Assembly: GCA_031400775.1 (NCBI GenBank)
Contig: JANNQN010000293.1
Coordinates: 1 to 54,788, forward strand
Source: Planctomycetia bacterium
Lineage (GTDB): Bacteria; Planctomycetota; Planctomycetia; Pirellulales; PALSA-1355
DNA length: 54,788 bases
Direction of reading: 5' to 3'
Shown: positions 18,172 through 27,435 of the stretch, piece by piece
Numbering within the stretch: position 1 is the stretch's first letter
Layout of the letters: every line of letters begins with the position of its first letter
The notes under the pieces: model-generated
Told to the model about the DNA's origin: nothing
Database searches by the model: none
Seen by the model: only the letters and a program-made list of their open reading frames with translations
Made by a program: the position numbers and the translations under genes

Positions 18172-18759
18172 ATGTTTCAGACTTCGGCCAAACCCAAGCA
18201 ATTGTTTCGAATCCTTGCTGACCATATCCAATACCCCGACCAATGGTTCTTGGACGACCCATTGACTGCCGACGGCTGTGATATCGATCCTCGTGAATTC
18301 ACCGCTGGAAGTCCCTATTGCGGCCCAACACCGGTTGTGGCATCCATCGGGAATCCGGGCAGGGAACTGGCGTTTAATCTCGGCGCCTTTGACATGCCAG
18401 TCGTGTCGTCGGCAGTGGCGGACATCATCTGGCGGATTGCCCCCCTCGACGTTCAATGTTTCTCGATCGACATTCCCGGTGCGGTCGGCTCCTATCAAAT
18501 CCTCAACGCGGTCTGTTCGCTCGATTGTCTGGATGAAGAGCGATCCGAGTTCACGCGATTCCAAGTCGGTGACCATCGATCCGATCTGATCGGCCAGTAT
18601 CATTCGATCCCAACGATTCGTATCGATCCATCCCGCACACTCGATCACCACGTGTTCAGAATACTCAACTGGCACGTTGCGGTACTCGTCTCCGACACCA
18701 TTAAAGACGCATTGGCTGACATTCCACACCTCGGTATCGTCTTCAAGCAGGCCTCGTGA
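18172..18759 (+). CDS. Imm11/DUF1629-family immunity protein, cognate to the AHH toxin
   Basis: PVVS..VA......AP.DVQ, ILN...LDCLDE, IRIDP, VFR, LVS..IK.AL...G..F motifs; 20 nt after the toxin stop. Confidence 0.8.
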   Translation: MFQTSAKPKQLFRILADHIQYPDQWFLDDPLTADGCDIDPREFTAGSPYCGPTPVVASIGNPGRELAFNLGAFDMPVVSSAVADIIWRIAPLDVQCFSIDIPGAVGSYQILNAVCSLDCLDEERSEFTRFQVGDHRSDLIGQYHSIPTIRIDPSRTLDHHVFRILNWHVAVLVSDTIKDALADIPHLGIVFKQAS

Positions 18760-18802
18760 CGCCAGGTCAGCTTACTGGGCAAGAATTCGTCAGGACCGCG
18801 CT

Positions 18803-19388
18803 ATGTTTCAGAGTTCAGGCAATCCAATACAACTGTACCAATTGCTTCTTGACCACATCCAGTACCCCGATCAATGGTTCTTGGACGACCCGCTGACTGC
18901 CGACGGCCGAGAGATTGATCCTCGCGAGGTCGTCGATGGAGTTTCCTATGACGGTCCGGCGCCAGCCGTCGCATCCATCGGGAACGCGGGTAGGGAACTG
19001 GCGTTTAATCTTGGCGCCTTTGACATGCCAGTCGTGTCGTCAGCAGTGGCAGACATCATCTGGCGGATTGCCCCCCTTGACGTTCAATGTTTTGCCATCG
19101 ACATTCCTGGCTCGGTGGGCTCCTACTCAAATCCTGAATGCAGTTTGCTCGCTCGATTGTCTGGATGAAGAGCGATCCGAGTTTACACGCTGGCAAGAAG
19201 GAGATCACCGATCCGACTTGATCGGCCAATATCGTATGATCTCGACGATTCGCATCGACCCACTCCGTACTCACGATCATCACGTCTTCAGAATCCGCAA
19301 TTTTACCATCGCGCTATTGGTCTCGGAAACTGTAAAAGACGCGCTCGTTTACATCCCAAACCTGGGGGTCTTGTTCGATCCCGTGTAG
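18803..19388 (+). pseudogene. Second Imm11/DUF1629 immunity copy with a +1 insertion at about 19126
   Basis: Copy 1 reads tcc tat caa atc, copy 2 reads tcc tac t caa atc; protein similarity continues in the +1 frame to the TAG at 19388. Confidence 0.85.
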
Positions 19389-19458
19389 TAACGCCAGGTA
19401 TGCGTTCCCAGGGGCTTTTCGCCGCTTGAGCGGCTCGAAACCTTGGTAACCGATTCGC

Positions 19459-20286
19459 TCAGGTGCTCGCCGCTTCCGGCACGAGGACCTCGCCGCGGCT
19501 GGTGGCGATCATGTCGCCGTGATAGGTGCGATAGGCGGAGTGTACGAGCGACTCGTCGAAGGCGAAGTCCAGCCGGCGCAGCTCGCGAAAGATCAATTGC
19601 AGAAACAGCGGTTTGTCACAACTGCCAGCGCGAAATGTCGGTAGCAATTTGGGCACAGAGCTGGCAAGCAGACCCAGCGTGCCGCGTCGCATACCCGCTC
19701 CGCTGCGGATGCCCGCGGGACCAAAGACCAGGATCGTGCCGGCGATCATGTTGATGCCGGCGAAGTCGCCGCAGGCGCCGCCCACGGCCAAGAGTCCGCG
19801 GCGCATCGTGTGGCCGACCTCGTTGCCCACGTCGCCGCCAACCAGGATCGTACCGCCGGTCATGCCGCGAGGGCTGCCGCGATAGGCCGCGCCGATCAGG
19901 TGGCCCGCGTTGCCGCGGACGTGGATCAGTCCGCCGTGCATTTCGCCCCCGACCCAATCGCCAGCGTCGCCCGACACGTGCAGTTGGCCGCCGGTCATTT
20001 CGCTGCCCACGTGGCGGCCGGCCGTGCCCTCGACGCGAATCTCGCCATCGGCCATATGCGCGCCGATCCAGTGCACGCCCGACAGATCCCCCTCGAACAC
20101 CATGCCTCCATCGGCGGCGCTGCCGGAGACGGTAAAGAAATCGGCCAGCGGCCGCTTCTCATTGCCGTGAAAGATCTCGAATCGCTCGATCGCGTCCAGC
20201 GGCACGTCGCGGACCGTGTTTGGCACGAGCCCTTCGACTTCCACCGGCACGCTGGTCTGGGCTTTATAGAGGAGTCGGAGCGGCAT
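19459..20286 (-). CDS. fwdC: Formylmethanofuran dehydrogenase / Fhc subunit C
   Basis: Repeated G..M.GG.I.V.G beta-helix motifs, GAAYRGS..GMTGG, Y.GD..  G.GE. Confidence 0.93.
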   Translation of the reverse strand: MPLRLLYKAQTSVPVEVEGLVPNTVRDVPLDAIERFEIFHGNEKRPLADFFTVSGSAADGGMVFEGDLSGVHWIGAHMADGEIRVEGTAGRHVGSEMTGGQLHVSGDAGDWVGGEMHGGLIHVRGNAGHLIGAAYRGSPRGMTGGTILVGGDVGNEVGHTMRRGLLAVGGACGDFAGINMIAGTILVFGPAGIRSGAGMRRGTLGLLASSVPKLLPTFRAGSCDKPLFLQLIFRELRRLDFAFDESLVHSAYRTYHGDMIATSRGEVLVPEAAST

Positions 20287-20381
20287 GGTTGCGAGTATAA
20301 TTCACGGCCGTCGCAAAGCCCAGGGACGGTGATTCGCGGCGCCGTGTAACCACGCGAAAATACTCGAACGAGCGCAATGGC

Positions 20382-21026
20382 ATGAATCGCGGCGGGATCA
20401 TCTTGTGCGGTGGCCGCAGCAGTCGAATGGGACTGCCCAAGTGGTCGCTGCCGTTCGGTCCCGAGACAATGCTCGAGCGGATCGTGCGACTGCTGGGCGA
20501 GGTCTGTCCGACGCTCGTGGTCGTGGCCGCGCCCGGGCAGGCGCTGTCCAAGCTGGCCGTCGGAGTGATCGTGGCCCGCGATCGTCGCGAGGGCCGCGGG
20601 CCGCTGGAAGCACTTTCGGCCGGATTGTCGGCGTTGCCCGAGGATGTCGAGGCGGCGTATGTCACGAGTTGCGACGTGCCGCTGTTGGCGCCGGCCTTTG
20701 TGCGGCGCATGTTCGAACTGCTCGAGGACCACGCGGCGGCCGTGCCAATCAGCGACGGATATCTGCACCCGCTGTCGGCCGTCTATCGTCGCAGCCTGCT
20801 GGCGGTGATCGACGAGCTCTTGGCCAGCGATCGATTGCGGCCTTCGTTGCTCTTTGATCTGGTGTCGACGCGGCGCGTGGCCCCGCGCGAACTGGTCGAG
20901 GTGGATCCCGAGCTTGGCACGCTCAAGAATCTCAACCATCCGGCCGACTACCTGGCGGCGCTTGCGCAGTCGGGCTTCACGGCGCCGGCCGACGTGCTGG
21001 CGAACTTAAGCGGCCCGGGCCAGTAG
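20382..21026 (+). CDS. mobA: Molybdenum cofactor guanylyltransferase
   Basis: ILCGGRSSRMG.PK, GPLEAL, CDVP, HPL.AVY, NLN.P.D. Confidence 0.92.
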   Translation: MNRGGIILCGGRSSRMGLPKWSLPFGPETMLERIVRLLGEVCPTLVVVAAPGQALSKLAVGVIVARDRREGRGPLEALSAGLSALPEDVEAAYVTSCDVPLLAPAFVRRMFELLEDHAAAVPISDGYLHPLSAVYRRSLLAVIDELLASDRLRPSLLFDLVSTRRVAPRELVEVDPELGTLKNLNHPADYLAALAQSGFTAPADVLANLSGPGQ

Positions 21027-22688
21027 CTATTCGCAGGCAATCGTTTCGTGCTCGTGCATGTAGTCTTCGGTGACCGGATAGTTGCGAAAGCGGATCGAGT
21101 AGTACTTCTCGAACCAGGCGGCGATATCGGCCTCGACGCCCCGGTCGTAGTCGGGCGAGACGTGCAGCGTCTTGCCGTGTACCGGGTCGCGAACTTCGCC
21201 CAGCTCGACGATCATCTGCCCGGCCTTGATCACGTAGCGCGGCATCTCGAACATCGCCTCCTTGTTCTCGTGCGGCGTGTAGATGGTGATATCGGCGTCG
21301 GCGCCCGGCCCCAGGTGCCCCTTGTTCTTCAGACCCAGAATCTTGGCTGGGCCGGAGCGGGTGATGATGCAAATCTCGTACAGCGAATACTCGCGATCCA
21401 GATCGGCCAGAGAAGATCGTTCGCGCACTAGCGGGTTGACGGTCTTGAGCACGTCGGCCCGCCAGGTGCGGTCCATCAACAGGCGAATGATTTGCGGATA
21501 GGCCATGAACGATCCGCCGTTGGGATGGTCGGTGCTCATCACCACGCGCCACGGATCCTGCACCAACAGATACCATTCCAGTCCGATGGCCCATTGCAGC
21601 GAATGGATCAAGTTTTTGTTCTTGTATTCGATGGGGGCCATGCCGCAGCCAGCCTCCATCTCGGTCTCGCTGGAGAACCATTTCGATTTGAAGATGTTGC
21701 TCAGGTAATAGCCCAGCGGACTGTCACCTGTCATGCTCGTCGTGCTGCCGAACATCACCTGGCCGACGTCGCAGGTGATGTTCGGATGGGCATTGACGTA
21801 TTCGGCCAGTTGGGCGGTCTTGGAGTTGAACGTGTTCTCGTCTCCGCCGCCTCCGCCATAGCTGTGGAACTGGATGTGGGTCATGTGGCCGCCGTGCCCT
21901 TCGAGCGCCCGCATGGTTTCCAGGGTCGTCGTCCAATTGCCGGGCAGACCCAGGTTATTGGCGTGAATGTGGACGCGATGCGGCAGCTTCAGCTCCTCGG
22001 CAGCCCGGGCGATAGCACCGATGATCTGCCGCGGGGTGACGTTGAAATATTCCACGAGCGAATCGAGTCCGCTGACGTTGCCCCCCTGCTGCTGCTTCCA
22101 GACCTCGACACCGCCCGGATTGACGATCTTGGGCGCATAGCCCTTGGCGGCCGAGAGTAGCCAGCCCAAAAACCCCTTCAGTCGCTCGGGCTCCTGATCC
22201 TGAATGGCCTGCATGATGTAATGGTTGTTGCCGACCAGCACGTAGAAGCCCTTGTCGATGCACGGCGTGTCGCCGAACTCTTCGTGTACGTGTCGCGCGG
22301 CAAGCGGCGGAATGGCCGCGTCGAAGGCCGTGGTGTAGCCCATCCCCGCGTACTTATAACCCGTGGCAAATGTGCTGGGCACGCTGCCCATCGTGCCGCT
22401 ATGAGTGGTGGCGGTGCGCATCACCGGCGGAGCCAGCCGCTTTTCCTCCGGCCGCATGCGGCGGGCCATGTTCACCTTCGGCCCGGCGATATGACAGTGC
22501 ATGTCGATGCCGCCGGGCATCACGACCAGGCCCGCGGCGTCCAGGATTTTGTCGGGGCGGACTTGTGGATCGCTCGGCGCGTCGACGATCTTTCCGTCGC
22601 GTATCCAGATGTCGCGCACCAGCCCATCGATGCCGTGGAGCGGATCGTAGACGGTTCCGCCCGAGATTTTGAAAAATGAACTGGACAT
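21027..22688 (-). CDS. fwdA: Formylmethanofuran dehydrogenase / Fhc subunit A (amidohydrolase)
   Basis: PGGIDMHCHIAG, KIVNPGG, HIHANNLG, HIQFHSYG, STDHPNGG. Confidence 0.96.
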   Translation of the reverse strand: MSSSFFKISGGTVYDPLHGIDGLVRDIWIRDGKIVDAPSDPQVRPDKILDAAGLVVMPGGIDMHCHIAGPKVNMARRMRPEEKRLAPPVMRTATTHSGTMGSVPSTFATGYKYAGMGYTTAFDAAIPPLAARHVHEEFGDTPCIDKGFYVLVGNNHYIMQAIQDQEPERLKGFLGWLLSAAKGYAPKIVNPGGVEVWKQQQGGNVSGLDSLVEYFNVTPRQIIGAIARAAEELKLPHRVHIHANNLGLPGNWTTTLETMRALEGHGGHMTHIQFHSYGGGGGDENTFNSKTAQLAEYVNAHPNITCDVGQVMFGSTTSMTGDSPLGYYLSNIFKSKWFSSETEMEAGCGMAPIEYKNKNLIHSLQWAIGLEWYLLVQDPWRVVMSTDHPNGGSFMAYPQIIRLLMDRTWRADVLKTVNPLVRERSSLADLDREYSLYEICIITRSGPAKILGLKNKGHLGPGADADITIYTPHENKEAMFEMPRYVIKAGQMIVELGEVRDPVHGKTLHVSPDYDRGVEADIAAWFEKYYSIRFRNYPVTEDYMHEHETIACE

Positions 22689-22708
22689 GATTCCTTCGAA
22701 ATTGCGCC

Positions 22709-24049
22709 TTACGGAACTCGCGCAACCGCCTTGAGTTGTTTGACGCGCCGCTCGATGCCCGAGAGGACCTCGAAGTCGCTGGGATGGGGCGAATCGAACG
22801 CCGGTCGCAAGGGAATCGGCACGTCGTCCATGCGATACACGGTCCCCGCCGTGTTGACGCCATAGGTCGCCGTGGTAAAGGCCACCGTCGCCGCGCGGCT
22901 GGTGGCCGTTTCTCTGAAATCGAGCGAGATGTAAGGAATGACAGCCAACTGCTCGCGCGCCGGCGGAGCGAAGTCGGACATGGGATCGCCGGTGAGGATC
23001 ATGGCAGCGTCGGCTTCGCCCCGGGCCAGCATGTCGGCCGCGGTGTACTCGCCCGGATTGAACCGCGGATAGCCGCGCGACAGGTTCACTCCGAACGGAT
23101 AGCCGGTTTGCCAGGCCACGACGTTATCGGCGCCCGTCACGTTGCCGCCAGCGCGCATGGCTCGGGCCACGAAACGGGTGTAGGCGTTCATGTCGCGCAC
23201 CAGGGCCAGAACGGCTTCGCTGTTGAGATGTTTGCCGTCGGTCATCGTCAGTCCCATGCCGTACAGGATCACGCCGAAGCTGGCCTGCTTCATCCGCTCG
23301 ATGAGATCTTGCCAGGCGGTCAGCCGCACGCCCGTTTCTTCGACGACCTCTTGTGGGTCCAGCGGCCGTCCCTGCGCCAAGGCGCGCAGGATCCATAGCG
23401 CTTCGAAGTCTTTGCCGGGCTTGATCCGCAGGAAAATGTCGGCCGACTCGGCGCTCTTGGTCTGATGCACGTCGACCAGCACGCAGGTGCGGTCCTGACG
23501 CCCGCCCGGCACGAACATGCCGGTAGGCAATAAGCTGTACTTGGAAAAATGCCGCGGATGGGTATCGGCGGGGTTCGATCCCCAGAAGATGATCAGGTCG
23601 CCGCGGTTGGCGATCTCGCCCAGCGAGCAAGTGACTTCGCCCACGCCCTGAAAGGACACGCCCGAGGGACCGTGGTCGAGGCTGGTCGTGGTGTCGACCG
23701 TGCCGCCGATCCAATCGGCGATTCCCACGGCGACGCGCTGCGCCTCGCAGGTTGTATCGCGCAGGCCGTAGATCAGTGGATACCTGGCTGCGGTTAAAAT
23801 CCGCGCGGCGCGCTCGATTCCTTCGGCGACCGAAGTTGGCTGGCCGGCGATCAGACACGAGGGGCGCTGGGCGGGCTTGTGGCTAAAGAACCACGACTGG
23901 CCCAGCCCGCAGGCTCGCTCGGCCGCGACGATTTGGCCCTGCTTGACCGTCAGATCGATATCGTCGCACACGCAACCGCAGAACGTGCAGGTGGCATCGC
24001 GGACGATTTTGAGTGAGCCGTCGGCGACGGATGATTGTTGGGCGGCCAC
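22709..24049 (-). CDS. fwdB: Formylmethanofuran dehydrogenase subunit B
   Basis: CTFCGCVCDD, TCSLGEI.NR.DL..FWG.NP...HPRH, GNVTGA, GTVYRMD; GTG start. Confidence 0.93.
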   Translation of the reverse strand: MAAQQSSVADGSLKIVRDATCTFCGCVCDDIDLTVKQGQIVAAERACGLGQSWFFSHKPAQRPSCLIAGQPTSVAEGIERAARILTAARYPLIYGLRDTTCEAQRVAVGIADWIGGTVDTTTSLDHGPSGVSFQGVGEVTCSLGEIANRGDLIIFWGSNPADTHPRHFSKYSLLPTGMFVPGGRQDRTCVLVDVHQTKSAESADIFLRIKPGKDFEALWILRALAQGRPLDPQEVVEETGVRLTAWQDLIERMKQASFGVILYGMGLTMTDGKHLNSEAVLALVRDMNAYTRFVARAMRAGGNVTGADNVVAWQTGYPFGVNLSRGYPRFNPGEYTAADMLARGEADAAMILTGDPMSDFAPPAREQLAVIPYISLDFRETATSRAATVAFTTATYGVNTAGTVYRMDDVPIPLRPAFDSPHPSDFEVLSGIERRVKQLKAVARVP

Positions 24050-24281
24050 GATTGGATCCGGGAGAACAGCAGTTTTTCAGGCGGGCAGTGCTGGCAGACC
24101 CACTATTGTCGCACCGGCGGTGTCTCAATGCCAGTCCACAGTAACCCATGTGTAATTTCCCTCATTGCCGCTGTGTTGCCGCGGCGCGACAGCTATAATC
24201 CCGCGCTGGGATGACCGGAGCTTACCGGGTTCGCGCGATTCGGCCGCCCGGGGTGGCGGCTTATCGAAATGAGGGCATGGC

Positions 24282-24647
24282 ATGTCGGACGAATCCTGGG
24301 CCACTTTGGTTCGGCACGAGGGAGAAGTCCCGCGGGAGCAGAGCACCTGCGGCTGGCGCGACCGGCTGATCAGCCATGAGGACGACGGCCGCGTGGCGGC
24401 CTGGGCGCACGCGGTCGACATCGACGGCGCGCGAGAACACTACCACCGCCGTAGCGCCGAGTTGTACTACGTGCTCGACGGCGAGGGCCTCGTGACCTTG
24501 GACGGCAAGGCCCACGCGGTTCGCAAGGGATCGATCGTGCACATTCCCCCCGGCGTGATCCACGGCGCCAAGGGTCGCATGCGGGTGCTCGTGGTCGGCG
24601 TGCCCGATATCGCCGACGATGACCTGTATTTCGCCGACGAGGAGTGA
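24282..24647 (+). CDS. Cupin domain protein
   Basis: HYH...ELYYVLDGEG...IPPGVIH. Confidence 0.88.
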   Translation: MSDESWATLVRHEGEVPREQSTCGWRDRLISHEDDGRVAAWAHAVDIDGAREHYHRRSAELYYVLDGEGLVTLDGKAHAVRKGSIVHIPPGVIHGAKGRMRVLVVGVPDIADDDLYFADEE

Positions 24648-24723
24648 CGCGCCGCGCGTAGTACGCTCGCGCAGCAATCGTCGCGGCTCGGCAATCGCCC
24701 ACGATCGCTAGCGGCTTAACCCG

Positions 24724-25674
24724 CTACGCCGCGTGGCGCCATTGCTCTCCACTGGCCGGAAACGGCAAAATATGCCGCGCTTCATCGGCCGGATGCTCCG
24801 CGGTTCCTTCCTGGATCGGCGGCGAAAACGGCACGGCACTCGGGACCGGCACGGGAATGTATTGGATCGGTCCGGTCTTTTGCTTGAAGCGACGGAACTG
24901 CTGCAGGCGATCGAACAGGCCCGGTGCGAATCGCTTGAAGCGCCACATGGCATTGGCAAACGGCGTGATCACCACCACTCCTTCGGCGCGGTGTATGGCA
25001 CGGATCGCTCGCCGCGCAACCCGCTCGGGCGTCGTGGTGAGAAACGCTGGCGGCGTCGGCGCCGGCTTTCTCTGCGAAACCACGACCGTCGAGCGGAAAA
25101 TCTCCGTGCGGACGAATCCGGGACACAGCGCGGTCACGCCCAGCCCGCGCGGACCGTATTCGGCCCGCAGCGATTCCGAGAAGCCCACCAGGCCGAACTT
25201 GCTGGCGTGGTAGGCGGCGGTTCGGGGCGCCGCCACCAAGCCGGCAATGCTGCACACATTCAGTATGTGGGCTTCGCTACGGCCCAGCATCGCCGGCAGC
25301 AATTTTCGCGTCAGCAGGATCGGCGCCGTCATGTTCACGGCCATCACGCGATCCCAATGCTCGTCGGTCATGTTATGTGTCGATCCGTGAAAGGCGACGC
25401 CCGCGTTGTTGACCAGGATGTCGACCCCGTTCCAGCGATTGAGCAGCCGATCGACAATGCCTTGAATGTCTTCGGTCCGGGTCAGGTCGGCCACGTGGGC
25501 CGTGACCTGGGGATGGTGCTGGCGGACTTCGCCGGTCGTTTCGGCCAGTCGCTCGTGATCGAGATCCACGAGAAACAGGTCGACTTGTTGCCGCGCCAGC
25601 TCGATGGCGATGGCGCGGCCGATACCCGATGCGGAGCCAGTCACGAGGGCCGTTTTTCCCGCGAGCGTTTTCAT
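24724..25674 (-). CDS. Short-chain dehydrogenase/reductase (SDR)
   Basis: TGSASGIG, NNAG, YHASK (YxxxK), CPGFV.T. Confidence 0.92.
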   Translation of the reverse strand: MKTLAGKTALVTGSASGIGRAIAIELARQQVDLFLVDLDHERLAETTGEVRQHHPQVTAHVADLTRTEDIQGIVDRLLNRWNGVDILVNNAGVAFHGSTHNMTDEHWDRVMAVNMTAPILLTRKLLPAMLGRSEAHILNVCSIAGLVAAPRTAAYHASKFGLVGFSESLRAEYGPRGLGVTALCPGFVRTEIFRSTVVVSQRKPAPTPPAFLTTTPERVARRAIRAIHRAEGVVVITPFANAMWRFKRFAPGLFDRLQQFRRFKQKTGPIQYIPVPVPSAVPFSPPIQEGTAEHPADEARHILPFPASGEQWRHAA

Positions 25675-26068
25675 CGCCGGCATGCCTTGTCAGATGCGAA
25701 TTGTGGATCGGACTATCTTCACCAATCGGCAAATGTGGAACCCCACTTGAGATCCCCGGCATGCTAGCTGGCGGCGCCATCGGGGCTTGCAGCCGGGGGG
25801 ATCCGGATTGTGCGTATTGAGATTGTGGCACGCAAGATGCCGGGGCGACCCATCAAAAACCGCGGCAGTTGCAACCGCCGTTGGCACTTTTTTCGCTCTT
25901 GCGCGGGTGCCCTAAACCGGTTTTTCTCGATGCAACGATTAGTCCGTTTGGCCAACGATACGCCGGTCAGATGTAGGTGGACGGTCGGCTAGTCGCGTGC
26001 TATTTTTTTCGTGGCGACCTCCCTAAAGTGGGGAGGCGCAGACTCGTCGTTTCGTCGGCCATAGGTCC

Positions 26069-27178
26069 ATGGGTGCGGACACTAAATCCTTGCCATTGAA
26101 CAGCCACGTCTGGTGTCTCGCTGGCGAAATTGACGCGTTGGGATCGACGCGTCGAGTCGCCATCAATGCGACTCCTTTTCGAGTCGGCCGGGGACCCGAC
26201 GTGCCATTATCCTTGCCTTGCCTGAGCGTCTCGAAGTTGCACGCTGAGCTGACCAGGCACGCTTCGGACCTCTGCGTTCGCGACTTGCAGAGCACGAACG
26301 GCACCTATATCAACGGTCAACGAATCCGCCTTGAACAGGCGCTCAAAGAAGGCGATCTGTTGCAATTCGGCAACGTTGTTTTCCAGGTCGGTTGCGAAGC
26401 GCCGCCGGCCGCAACCGGAACTATCGGATTCGGCACAGCGAATCGGGCCGAGCAGATTCGCCAGTTCGACCGATTGATGAGAGATCGCGATGTGCTCGCT
26501 TTCTTTCAACCCATCGTGTGCATGAGCAGCCACAAGACTGTCGGGTACGAGGTACTGGGGCGAAGTTCGCTATTGGGCCTCGACACTCCGCAGGCCATGT
26601 TCCAGGCCGCGTCGGTGCTGAAGGTCGAAGCAGAACTGAGCCAAATCCTTCGCCTTGAAGGCATCCAGTCCAGCATCGGATTACAGGGCAAGCCCAACTT
26701 GTTCCTTAACACCCACCCGGTCGAATTGGACAAGCCCGGCCTCTTGGAATCGCTGGCCGCGATTCGCGCGTCGAACCCCGACTTGTCCATCACGTTGGAG
26801 ATCCACGAAGCGATGGTGACTCATCCCGTCGCCATGGCTGAACTTCGGGCCGCGTTGTGCGACCTTCAGATTCATCTGGCCTACGACGACTTCGGGGCCG
26901 GCCAGTCGCGATTGCTGGAGCTATTCGCAGTTCCGCCCGACTACTTGAAGTTTGATATGAGCATAGTGCAAGGCATTCATCGGGCTTCGGATCAAAGACA
27001 GAGCATGCTGTCGTCTCTCATCGCCATGGTTCGGGACGCCGGCATCATACCCTTGGCCGAAGGCATCGAGTGTGAGGCCGACAGTACGACCTGCTCGCAA
27101 CTCGGGTTTGAATTGGCGCAAGGCTTCTACTTTGGCCGACCGGCGCTCGCCAAGGACTGCTCGGCGAAAGGCCCGTGA
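26069..27178 (+). CDS. FHA-EAL domain protein (c-di-GMP phosphodiesterase)
   Basis: FHA: GR...VSK.HA...DL.STNGT.ING; EAL: FQPIV, YEVLGR, DDFGAG, KFD, AEGIE, QGFYFGRP. Confidence 0.92.
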   Translation: MGADTKSLPLNSHVWCLAGEIDALGSTRRVAINATPFRVGRGPDVPLSLPCLSVSKLHAELTRHASDLCVRDLQSTNGTYINGQRIRLEQALKEGDLLQFGNVVFQVGCEAPPAATGTIGFGTANRAEQIRQFDRLMRDRDVLAFFQPIVCMSSHKTVGYEVLGRSSLLGLDTPQAMFQAASVLKVEAELSQILRLEGIQSSIGLQGKPNLFLNTHPVELDKPGLLESLAAIRASNPDLSITLEIHEAMVTHPVAMAELRAALCDLQIHLAYDDFGAGQSRLLELFAVPPDYLKFDMSIVQGIHRASDQRQSMLSSLIAMVRDAGIIPLAEGIECEADSTTCSQLGFELAQGFYFGRPALAKDCSAKGP

Positions 27179-27435
27179 CGTTCTAGGCGGCCGTCAGGCG
27201 CCAACTCGTTCGCGGTGATCTTCAACCGCATCGCGCGGTGGGCGTGCTAGCGTCCTCAGGCGGAGTTGCCGCCACCGCCCGGCTGTCCGTGGTGGCAGGC
27301 AAAGGGTGTTGACGTCGAAGCCCGGTAGGGGTTCGGCGATACCTTACTATTGCGCGCAGCGGCGATTGCTACCAGGCGCGCAGGTCGGCGTCGGGGGGTG
27401 CCGCGCATTGCCGACCCGGACGAAAACCAACCCCC

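Larger units (their letters stand above)
18139..19399 (+). repeat. Tandem duplication (period about 631 nt) of the immunity gene unit
   Basis: gcttactg..aagaattcg.caggaccgc..tatgtttcag at 18139 and 18770; acgccaggt at 18759 and 19391. Confidence 0.9.

Noticed and set aside
10140-19458. Prophage or integrative element with att sites
   Set aside because: No integrase, transposase, structural phage genes, tRNA or flanking direct repeats detected by eye.
27179-27435. Possible structured RNA or tRNA between convergent genes
   Set aside because: GC-rich imperfect stems only; no cloverleaf, T-loop or SRP motif.
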